Source: a virus (lineage: Duplodnaviria > Caudoviricetes). Taken from it: a stretch of DNA of 33,717 nucleotides. This document shows positions 18,501-25,437 of this stretch, piece by piece (position 1 is the first letter of the stretch; each line of letters starts with the position of its first letter). The translations under genes were made by a program, and so were the position numbers. The stretch is from the IMG/VR virus record IMGVR_UViG_3300032305_001849, positions 1 to 33,717 of that record; one strand, written 5' to 3'. Under the pieces are notes generated by a model that saw nothing but the letters and a program-made list of their open reading frames with translations, had not been told where the DNA came from and did no database searches.

Positions 18501-20834
18501 TCTTACTGAATCTATATAATCCGCACTATGTACGTGGAAGTAATCTAATTTAGGATTCTTCGCATATAATAGTGATTGTTTTAACGTATCACCTTTAATC
18601 GCAACTCCAGGAGGAATTACAATAGGGTTATCTTCAATATAGTATCCTGTTTCTACAAATACAGTTGCGTTATAATTTAAAAATGGAGAGAACCAAGGTG
18701 CGAATGTGTTTGTTACAAATTCATCTTTTGCAACTTTCTGTGCAATAGCTCCAGCATAAAGGATACCAGCTACCGTTTCCGTTAATTGATTTGCAGGAAC
18801 TTCTCCCGCATTACCATATGCATTTGTATAATAAGATGTACCAGCATTTATCGCCTGTTCGTTACCACCATAGATTAAATCTACAATAACACAATCAGTA
18901 ATTAAACCAACATCTCTAACACATTTAGATGAACTATAAATTAAATTAGGGAAAGATGAAGAAATAAGTCCTACAGTCTGTTCTCCTAAGAATGTTTTGT
19001 TCATTTCCAATAAGGAAACTGCATTCTTTTTATTAGTAGAAAGTTTAGAAACTACATTACCTACAACGGTATCTTTAGCTATTCTAGCTCCGTATGAAAG
19101 AGATGTTACCGTCTCAACTAATTGGTTATTTATAACACCCGCGCCATTTCCAAATACTCCATTATAATATGCCGAACCATTTATAATAGATTGTTGATTA
19201 CCACCAAATATTAAATCCGTAGCAACACCATCTATAATATATCCAGTATCTCTTCTACATTTATCTCTATCATATGTAAATGGTGTTCCGGTCTGGTCTT
19301 TACCTTTTATATAAACATGCTCAATGAAGTAGATTATTTCTTCTTGAATTAATGATTTATTTCCTAATAATGCAGCTTTTGCATTTAATTTAGCATTAGT
19401 TGGTGCAGAAATCGCTCCGTTAACCGAAATGATTTGAGCCATTCTACTTGCGTAAAGAATAGCTGCTATTGTTTGGTCTTTTTGATTATTTGCTACTCCA
19501 CTTCCTCCGAATTGAATGGCTCCAAAGTTACCATTATAATATGATATACCTGCTTCAACCGTTCTTTGATTTCCTCCAAATACTAAATCATCTAATACGG
19601 CATCTATAAGTAAACCAACATCTCTTTTACATCTTAAACTATTATAATCAAAGAAAGGAAAAACGGCATTTAAATATTCAACTGTTTCATCCTGTATAAA
19701 CCCTTTATTTTGTAATACTAATGTTCTAGCATTTAATTTATTCGCATCTGTAGATATTATTTCTGAATTATTAACAACCACTGGTGCTGTTCCTAATCCT
19801 CCGTTGATAATAGATGTGATAACTGCAAATGATGAACTGATTGATGATGATACTGCGTTAGTACCACCTGTTCCTGTTATCTGAACATTTGTAGAAAGTT
19901 TTACAGGTGTTCTACCATTTTCTACTAATGCGGGAACTGAACCTAATCCATTTCCTAATATATTTATTACGGTTGCAAATGAAGAACTTACTGATGAAGA
20001 TTCCGCATTTCCACCATACCCATCAAAAAAACTTTGTGATACATTTCCAACTAATACTAAATTAGTTGCACCATTTTTCACTTCGGGTGGAGTTACTCCC
20101 AAACCACCTGCTAATATTTCAGCAACAGTTGCATATGATTGTGAAATAGCAGAAGCTTCAGTTGCAGAACCACTTTGACCAGAACCACTAACTTGTGAAG
20201 CTGATATCTGATAATTATCATATATACTTTGTACTGCCGCTTTAACTGTTTTGAATGCAGTTGCAGGTGATTTACCTCTATGAGGTGTTATTAAAATATC
20301 ACTACCATATTCCGCTACATAAATTCTTTTAGATTCTTCTGGAAAAATAATTTGAGAAGCTGATATTTGATTTAATGTTATGTTTAATGAAGCAGTATAT
20401 GTAGATTTTGCCGAACCAGTTAAGACTGCATTCGCACTTACATCTCCACCTAATATAAATCTTTGTTCCTCTAAAGCATTAACTCTCTGTTCGATTGAAG
20501 AAGAGAAAGGCCCTTTTAAAGTACCACTCACATAAACATCTTGAATGAAAGTAGAATCTCTTGTTACAGTTATACTACCGGTTATAACTGATGTTCCAAT
20601 TTGTTTAGAAGAACCGGAAAGTAAGAAACTACCTGTTATTTCATGTGTACTAGCAGTGTTGATACCTAATTGTGTGTTTCCCGATACAAATAGAGATTCA
20701 CTTACCACCAATGATGATGATAGGAATGTACTATCAAGAGTCATTAGGATTTCGTTATTACCTAATACTGATATACCTAGTGTACCACTTGCAACTAAAC
20801 CTACACCTGAACTTTGTTTACCTATTACTTTCAT
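12195..20834 (-). CDS. Giant mosaic tail fibre/spike with C-terminal intramolecular chaperone (peptidase S74), 2879 aa
   Basis: The C-terminus SSDRRFKENI...VGVIAQEIEEILPELV...VKYDKLVALLIEGMKEQQ is the S74 signature. Internally there is a beta-helix-like region, CxRD helical repeats, GSGY repeats and fibre repeats. Confidence 0.88.
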   Translation of the reverse strand: MKVIGKQSSGVGLVASGTLGISVLGNNEILMTLDSTFLSSSLVVSESLFVSGNTQLGINTASTHEITGSFLLSGSSKQIGTSVITGSITVTRDSTFIQDVYVSGTLKGPFSSSIEQRVNALEEQRFILGGDVSANAVLTGSAKSTYTASLNITLNQISASQIIFPEESKRIYVAEYGSDILITPHRGKSPATAFKTVKAAVQSIYDNYQISASQVSGSGQSGSATEASAISQSYATVAEILAGGLGVTPPEVKNGATNLVLVGNVSQSFFDGYGGNAESSSVSSSFATVINILGNGLGSVPALVENGRTPVKLSTNVQITGTGGTNAVSSSISSSFAVITSIINGGLGTAPVVVNNSEIISTDANKLNARTLVLQNKGFIQDETVEYLNAVFPFFDYNSLRCKRDVGLLIDAVLDDLVFGGNQRTVEAGISYYNGNFGAIQFGGSGVANNQKDQTIAAILYASRMAQIISVNGAISAPTNAKLNAKAALLGNKSLIQEEIIYFIEHVYIKGKDQTGTPFTYDRDKCRRDTGYIIDGVATDLIFGGNQQSIINGSAYYNGVFGNGAGVINNQLVETVTSLSYGARIAKDTVVGNVVSKLSTNKKNAVSLLEMNKTFLGEQTVGLISSSFPNLIYSSSKCVRDVGLITDCVIVDLIYGGNEQAINAGTSYYTNAYGNAGEVPANQLTETVAGILYAGAIAQKVAKDEFVTNTFAPWFSPFLNYNATVFVETGYYIEDNPIVIPPGVAIKGDTLKQSLLYAKNPKLDYFHVHSADYIDSVRFLDLQRPAFTVAFPSAIIDYTIQSGRITNPVVLYSPIGYTASVNIIVEEPDSPPESGSVRAEFTPVISNGKIVGLTYVNSGSGYVSTERPHISVPAPENQRPFVQASPYVWNSTAISGPFNFNGEKISALIPLPYDIEDLGVDSTGAGGGMRVDGNCCREASPRSPLRSMVAAAFTQVNQGGPGHHVCNTGYAQFVSMFTTFSTFGFKTSGGGFANISNSVIDFGLQGVVSKRNFKDTYTSALVLSAGTSTVAGFNVTNPGSGYTVSPVVTISGGGGSGASGSALITQGQVVALNLESSGSGYTSVPSVSIALPSTPGGVRAEATAVLSGLANIFVRVTGSFQGQQRNIDFSSLMKLNGSDYLVTDINTTVEPDEFFVETFPAVFFVNAGDNANFFQLSNISTGGLVLEYVGAGITYNAIPEYGGIPDSTQEVVMIEPGKVFAVTIDNRGNLKVGRFFRVDQLTGAVTIDANQFSLSGLSSIGPFRRNGVPVGIVINEASDNETLLNSQGLPGRDTVPSQQAVKTYVDTRTIAANGTDNQVLAKSGSVAYATQFRNTIDTIATNTLSGSKIVSRSLGRDLIVTHSITSLEVSTSLVRNGLTGGNGQPIEVVFGVFASQSTDGAQFTAFSQSVSESVRFLLATSATTGSNTFKGNQIVSGNLTVSGNVDIKLDTRISGNLFILNSTNLGPIVEISGNLSVSGSTILSGGLDVYNYANIQAPFTASGLRYPNSNGQGVGKILRSDGAGGIFFGFTDRTSIGIVNIGNGGPIAKGTPLYIKGFDVGTGLTIVGPASSSRLDKMPAVGLSADNLLESGSGSLTALGILTNYDTTALTSGQQLYVGPNGGLTTQLPTGSFYVQNIAVVGRININDGELLVEHPGTYFQLPNLPKDWIWYGGDGGAAVSQSLTGAIASYELERTVIGSEIQSSDWYAGALVVSGGLGVAKNAQISGNLTIYGNFDVKGSTTITAITASNLDIGENTIAVRASSPVVRFGGFIVYDSGSIVGGTPPNNVYASASLFYDGVDDNWVMAQNDGFSSSVLIGGPVNGGLYGNEIGLPVNTIPKIQYTSTNLTSSTMTDNGTVVRMTNDLLVTGSIGGRLTGSVQGTSLSVFNSLSATGSFSGNGFLTGSFTGSFTGAADLAFAITGGDAGGFDYFNYNGSASATVKIATQSLHFEEGVKKKINYEQVVSSSIQVREYGFEYSGSVNQFTASTNLALSGLNSYSASLKQAINTNGNDLIVHGTLRVTGSKVLLEVGDVKIVDKFIEIASGSLNSAAADGAGFYISGADAYVTWSHASQSLNFSDTIYSDNNIEVRGTVDGTLIREFAPSHNTFSSSINAYTASLRSAISESAGDLIVFNNLQVRGTLGELRVDRLQVKDKQIELNSGSTTSAQSDKAGLFISGANVNFYWDHPEQYMYLDKNFTVNGDFNASTINGINLTAFRNSVNQATGALEVYSSSLKNAITVAGTGVSSVTTIQGDLNVLGTTTQLQISDLKIEDRLIEIASGSTTSVAANGAGLFISGAQVFFSWSNAETNMRLGSGLFVNGAVTSSTILVAQTASLNHISASGNISGNALFIEGNSSLRGNVTASGTISASVLFVQNATNISGALEVVGNIIGKEYISASKGITGSGVWAAGEIRALSNVQFDGTQLTIGAATFRNNVSASGVISGSGIQSNGNFRVTGTSIHGGLSVFDNNISASGVITGSGLRIEGEGAFGSSSFFGPITGSTAWFSNSLRVTGSITASQHLSASGFVSASASNFIGEVSSTLYKGDLQFNVIAGSGMSGSVFRNQTDTTLTIDTQSVHFRSGSQQAVVSYIKGDVTIASDGTATIAANSVALGTDTTGDYVATINPGSGLTGGATSGEGVAHTLAVGAGDGISVSADAVALNTGSTHFTNGARVTVANWVSGEVSINPSTGVASLVIPTLSRASNITGTANQITVGGVTATGAFTASLSLPQNIHTAADFRVGSLGVGVAASATSGRIDAANDIVAYSSSDRRFKENIKNIPNALAKVLKIGGYEFDWISNVELHGHEGHDVGVIAQEIEEILPELVQTRESGYKAVKYDKLVALLIEGMKEQQVQIDNLKSEVENLKRARGL
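13900..14780 (-). repeat. Three approximately 120-aa fibre repeats (..DKxIExxSGS..AxGAGLFISGA..W)
   Basis: GLFISGA codons recur at about 13941 and 14301 (360 nt apart), and GFYISGA recurs at about 14650. Boundaries are approximate. Confidence 0.8.
18740..19740 (-). repeat. Three approximately 120-aa helical repeats (NKxxxxE..Y..CxRDxGxIxD..DLxxGGN)
   Basis: RCKRDVGLLIDAVLDDLVFGGN, KCRRDTGYIIDGVATDLIFGGN, KCVRDVGLITDCVIVDLIYGGN. Boundaries are approximate. Confidence 0.85.
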
Positions 20835-20864
20835 TTAAGAAAAGAATTTTATTTTGTTTATTTA

Positions 20865-21197
20865 TTACCCTTGTTCCAAAACAGATACGATTACATCGAA
20901 AGCAGCTGCTGATGAACCTGTCACCGAAAGAAAATCTCCCGCTTCTAATACTAATTTCTGGTCACCACCAAACAATACTAACGTTGAATTTTCCGCAACA
21001 ACGAATCCTTTGATTACATGCGAAATTCTAGCGGTAGAAACATCATGAGCCTTCACCGTTAATTCCACATCAGCTGCGGTTACGTTAGCTACAGATACAC
21101 CTATCACAGTGGATGTTCTACTCGCTGGACAAGTGTAAGCAACTGCTCCCGCAGTTCCTACTCCACTTTCTAAACTATTTTTGAAAAAGTTTGCCAT
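20865..21197 (-). CDS. Small beta-rich virion structural protein, probable fibre adaptor, 110 aa
   Basis: MANFFKN...YTCPASRTSTVIGVSVANVT...QKLVLEAGDFLSV...DVIVSVLE, a pattern I recall from aquatic phage fibre loci. Confidence 0.7.
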   Translation of the reverse strand: MANFFKNSLESGVGTAGAVAYTCPASRTSTVIGVSVANVTAADVELTVKAHDVSTARISHVIKGFVVAENSTLVLFGGDQKLVLEAGDFLSVTGSSAAAFDVIVSVLEQG

Positions 21198-21234
21198 TTG
21201 TTTTTAATTATATATAATTATTAAGTTCTTTATT

Positions 21235-23901
21235 TTATCCTAATGCAATTGCCAAAGCAACCGCAGTATCTATTATATCATCACCTTGTACCAATAAACT
21301 TCCACTAACATTGAAATTTTTATTAAGATTCATTCTTTGGTTAGCATGGTCCCAAGTAAACTGAATAGGAGTTGTAGGCCCCTCTATCGTTATACCAGCA
21401 TCATTTGATTGTAATGATGATAGAGAACCTCTAGATATAATAATGTTCTTATCTTCAATTTGTAAGTTAGATACATTTACATTAACAACATCTCCTAAAA
21501 TATCAACATTACCATCAACTTGTAAATTACCACTTACTCTTAAATTCTTTTCAAAGAATGAACTTTCTTTAACAGTAAGAGATGAACTTAATGTTGTATT
21601 ACCACTAACAAATAATCCACCTGTAATTGCAGTAGAAGCAGTTACATTTAATGTACTATTTAATCCTACCGCTCCACTAACATTTAATGTAGAGTGAATT
21701 GCGGTAGCACTATTTGCTTTTAATTGACCGTTTACCGTCTCAGTTCCGAATACAAAAAGGTTTCCACTAATTGAAGCATTATTAGCAATATTAAGATTAT
21801 TACCACCAGAAATATTGTTATTTACAATTAGATGTTGAATAGAAGCGGTGTTTGTAATAGTAACATTTCCTAAGTTTATATTACCATATACATCTAAGTT
21901 TCCACTTACCTCTAAATTACCCGTTAAGTATGTAGATGCAGAAACTTGTAAACCAAAACCACTAATAGAATCTCCTTCGATTTTTAAACCTTTGTTAAGG
22001 AACATTCTATCACCAACTTCTCTATAAACAAATTGAGCACTAGCTCCACTTATAAATAATCCACCTCCTTCTACTTGAGAAGGTATTGTAGAACCACTTC
22101 CAATTTCAATTAATTTAGCTTCAGCAGAAACTCTACTAACTCCTAAATAAACTGAATTACCTCTTACGGTTAAATCTCCTGCTATCGATGCACTACCTTC
22201 AATTAATCCACTTGCACTAGTCGCTAAATCTCCAATATTTACAACACCTAAAATAGTCGTTGAACCGGTTACATAAAGTGAAGATGAAACGTTTACTAAT
22301 CCAAATGATGCGGTATTAAAGTTTTGAATATTACCTGCATTATTACCAGTACCATTTATTAAAACATTAGTTGTATTAGTAGTTAATCCACCTGCTAATA
22401 TCGTAGAACCTGTTACCGATAAATTTGATGATAATTGAGTTCTACTATTTAAAGCAATACCATTAGTTGCACCAATGTTTACTCTTACCGATGTGTTATC
22501 TCCAGGAGTTGCATATGCTATATTAACTGAACCTGCGCTTCCTCCTCCATTTGATACGTTAATTCCACTACTCGTTACTCCGGTAGTTATTTGTGAATCC
22601 AAAACACCATCTGTACTTTGATTTCTTATTACTATTTTACCAGGTGCTCCAGCAATAATAGGAGTGTTATCATCATCAAATATTATATTAGCATTTCTAA
22701 ATGGTGATATTCTTCTATGTAAAATTTCTAATCCACTTCCTGAATATTCTTGTGAAAATGCACCACTAATACTTGTAATACTCGTTTGTGAATTACTTCC
22801 AATAAATAGGTTTCCACTAATTTGTGTTGTTCCTATATTTCCTGCATTAAGAAGAACACTACCGGTTACGGTTAATCCATTACCAACTGAAGCACTTCCC
22901 TCTGCTCTTAAATCTTGACTAATATTAATTCTACCATTTGCACCCAATACACTTAGTTGATTATTAAGTGTAGTTGCACCATCAACTTGTAATGTTTGTG
23001 TTAATATCGCAGATGAACCTGATACTTGTCCTAATACATGCAATGTTCCACTTGAGAATACATTACCATTAGTACCTTCTACAATGAATTTACCATTACC
23101 AATATTAAATTGTTCCTGTGCGTTGAAATATCTAATACCGGACATATTTACCAAAGAACCTCCTTGAGTAAATACCAATCCATTATCTGCTGCGGATGGA
23201 TTAAACGATGGATTTAAGTTAGCAAATGTACCACTAACCATAAATAAATTTCCACCGGAAGATGAAATGTTACTCTTTAATATAATACCAGTAGTTCCAC
23301 TTACATAAAGGTTACCACTTGCAAAAGTATTACCCGTATTTGGTTCTACCCAAAATCTATCTTGTGAACCAGAACCTAATCTTAATTTTTGTCCCTCAAT
23401 GTATTCGAAATCGTTTGATGCAGTTAATTGATTTGCTGCATTAACATATACGATATTATTAGGTGCATCCACTCCTGCTAATGCAGCTAATGAAAGTGAA
23501 CCTAAATAGGCAGTTCTCCAATATTTTGTAATTGTTCCTAAATCGTAACTCGCTGATTCATTTGGAATAAGGTCTGAAGTGAAATCTGCTACAACGGTTA
23601 CAGAATCGGTATTATTATCTCCTAATTTAAGACTACCACTAATAGTAACATCTCCTCTAAAGTAAGCATTAGAAGCAGTAATGTTTCCGGTTACAGAAAG
23701 TGAACCTGAGTTTTCGAATACCGATGAACTTCCCCATGCATTAACACCTGCTATGCCTGTATTTAATTTAACGAGGGTTATCTCTTCACTCCCACTTGCT
23801 CCGAATTGAACGGTTTGTAAGGTTGAATTAAAGAAAGGTTCACCATATTGTAGTGTACCCTTAGTTCCGTTATTACCCCTTCTTATCTGTAATAATGCCA
23901 T
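21235..23901 (-). CDS. Tail fibre-like structural protein, 888 aa
   Basis: N-terminal LQIRRG...LQYGEP attachment motif, YDLGTITKYWRTAY motif, numerous (V/I)SG(N/S)L beta repeats, and C-terminal AVALAIALG. Confidence 0.8.
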   Translation of the reverse strand: MALLQIRRGNNGTKGTLQYGEPFFNSTLQTVQFGASGSEEITLVKLNTGIAGVNAWGSSSVFENSGSLSVTGNITASNAYFRGDVTISGSLKLGDNNTDSVTVVADFTSDLIPNESASYDLGTITKYWRTAYLGSLSLAALAGVDAPNNIVYVNAANQLTASNDFEYIEGQKLRLGSGSQDRFWVEPNTGNTFASGNLYVSGTTGIILKSNISSSGGNLFMVSGTFANLNPSFNPSAADNGLVFTQGGSLVNMSGIRYFNAQEQFNIGNGKFIVEGTNGNVFSSGTLHVLGQVSGSSAILTQTLQVDGATTLNNQLSVLGANGRINISQDLRAEGSASVGNGLTVTGSVLLNAGNIGTTQISGNLFIGSNSQTSITSISGAFSQEYSGSGLEILHRRISPFRNANIIFDDDNTPIIAGAPGKIVIRNQSTDGVLDSQITTGVTSSGINVSNGGGSAGSVNIAYATPGDNTSVRVNIGATNGIALNSRTQLSSNLSVTGSTILAGGLTTNTTNVLINGTGNNAGNIQNFNTASFGLVNVSSSLYVTGSTTILGVVNIGDLATSASGLIEGSASIAGDLTVRGNSVYLGVSRVSAEAKLIEIGSGSTIPSQVEGGGLFISGASAQFVYREVGDRMFLNKGLKIEGDSISGFGLQVSASTYLTGNLEVSGNLDVYGNINLGNVTITNTASIQHLIVNNNISGGNNLNIANNASISGNLFVFGTETVNGQLKANSATAIHSTLNVSGAVGLNSTLNVTASTAITGGLFVSGNTTLSSSLTVKESSFFEKNLRVSGNLQVDGNVDILGDVVNVNVSNLQIEDKNIIISRGSLSSLQSNDAGITIEGPTTPIQFTWDHANQRMNLNKNFNVSGSLLVQGDDIIDTAVALAIALG

Positions 23902-23931
23902 TTATCTGTAGTTGTAGATTTCTTATACTTC

Positions 23932-23940
23932 TATAAATAT
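23932..23940 (-). promoter_or_regulatory. Putative late promoter motif ATATTTATA (copy 6)
   Basis: 31 nt upstream of ATG 23901, heading the tightly packed 888 aa to 61 aa gene run. Confidence 0.7.
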
Positions 23941-23964
23941 AACTCTTTCTAATTATCCAATATT

Positions 23965-24687
23965 TTATATTCCATAAGTTCCCTTAACTGCGTTATAGTT
24001 TTGGGTTAACTCTGCTAACGAAAGTGCTTTATTATAAACTCTCATTTGATAGTACACTCCTTTTAATGAATCCGTTGGTGTATTTGCCGTACCAGTTCCG
24101 TTTGGATGGCGTGAACCAAAATTTAATCCAGTAGTTGATACACCGGCAGATGGTGCTGAATATGCCCCAGTTCCGGTTTGTAATACTCCATTTCTATACA
24201 TTCTAAATACACCACTCGCTAAAGTAAATACTAAATGAACAGGTACATTTGATGCTGCAGTTGGTGATGAATATGTTAAAGTACTCGTAGGCCCTCCAGC
24301 TATTAAAGATGTTGCGTTACCCCAATATGCATACCAGCCTTTTGTAGAATAAATTTCATTACCCCAAAGAACTGCCCAATAGTTAGTAGAATTTGGTTGA
24401 ACTACCATCTCAACACTAAATGATGATGTTAAGTTATATGATGTACATATTGCAGTATTACTACCAGCACCACCACCTGCTACAATACCACCACCATAAG
24501 AACCAGTATATGCAAATGTTCCGGCACCAGTAGTTATCAATGAAGCACTATAACCATTACCACTACTATCCGCCCATGTTGTTCCAACTGATGGTGCAGT
24601 TTGTAAATTCATTACCAATCCACTTATTGTTATAGTGTCAGGAGTTGGTAAAGATATAGTTGCTCCGTTTGAAAATATTATACCCAT
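23965..24687 (-). CDS. LamG/concanavalin A-like lectin-fold virion protein, 240 aa
   Basis: SGLVMNL..GTTWADSSGNG, FSVEMVV, HLVFT..RMYRNGV, MRVYNKALSLAELTQNYNA. Confidence 0.85.
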   Translation of the reverse strand: MGIIFSNGATISLPTPDTITISGLVMNLQTAPSVGTTWADSSGNGYSASLITTGAGTFAYTGSYGGGIVAGGGAGSNTAICTSYNLTSSFSVEMVVQPNSTNYWAVLWGNEIYSTKGWYAYWGNATSLIAGGPTSTLTYSSPTAASNVPVHLVFTLASGVFRMYRNGVLQTGTGAYSAPSAGVSTTGLNFGSRHPNGTGTANTPTDSLKGVYYQMRVYNKALSLAELTQNYNAVKGTYGI

Positions 24688-24700
24688 AATCTATTCAATT

Positions 24701-25426
24701 TTAATAACCAATTCTAGTTTTATATAAACCATGAAGAGTTTGTATATCTACTAAAGGTAATACTCCATTATATACTTTCACAAATGCAACATCTCCAGTT
24801 ACAGGTTCAGAACTTGTAGTAGAAGTACTAAATCTACCAAATAATCTTAAACCATTAAACCCACCACTTCCTGTACGAGTTCCGTTGGTTGTGGTTGGTG
24901 CAGTATTGGTAGCAATATATGCTTTTGTACTATTAGTTGTATTCAATCCATCATCGGTAAGCCATATAAAACGCCAAGTAGCAGTAGCGGTAGTTGAATT
25001 GGCGCCAACAAATGAACCATTAAATGCAATATTCATACGAGTTGTGCCAGATGCCCATATACCCATTAAGAAATCAGGTGATGATGAGTTAGCATTTAGT
25101 AACCTACCTCCAGTTACACCATCCCATTTGTATGCCATAAATACCGTATAAGGTTGTGTTCCAGATGAATAATTAGGTCCACCAAAAAACATATCGGATG
25201 TACCTGTTGATGATTTTCTAAATACTCCACCATTTGCCGAATTCCATGTCATACTATTACTCGTATTTGTCATTGTAATAGTATGTGCCCCTGTTCCCGC
25301 GATAGTAGAACCATTTGTAGGCATTGCAGAATAGTTTGCAGCATCTAAATCATATACCAATTGAGCTGATAAATTAATCGGTGCTGAGTTACTTATTATC
25401 GAAAATCCATTACTAAATTCTATCAT
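24701..25426 (-). CDS. LamG/concanavalin A-like lectin-fold virion protein, 241 aa
   Basis: LVYDLDAANYS, YTVFMAYK, GDVAFVKVYNGVL. The N-terminus (IxFSNG) is shared with the neighbouring gene. Confidence 0.78.
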   Translation of the reverse strand: MIEFSNGFSIISNSAPINLSAQLVYDLDAANYSAMPTNGSTIAGTGAHTITMTNTSNSMTWNSANGGVFRKSSTGTSDMFFGGPNYSSGTQPYTVFMAYKWDGVTGGRLLNANSSSPDFLMGIWASGTTRMNIAFNGSFVGANSTTATATWRFIWLTDDGLNTTNSTKAYIATNTAPTTTNGTRTGSGGFNGLRLFGRFSTSTTSSEPVTGDVAFVKVYNGVLPLVDIQTLHGLYKTRIGY

Positions 25427-25437
25427 AACTTTTTATT

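Noticed and set aside
21205-21220. Perfect 16-bp palindrome TAATTATATATAATTA in an intergenic gap
   Set aside because: It is AT-only, low complexity and single copy, so it plausibly arises by chance at this composition.
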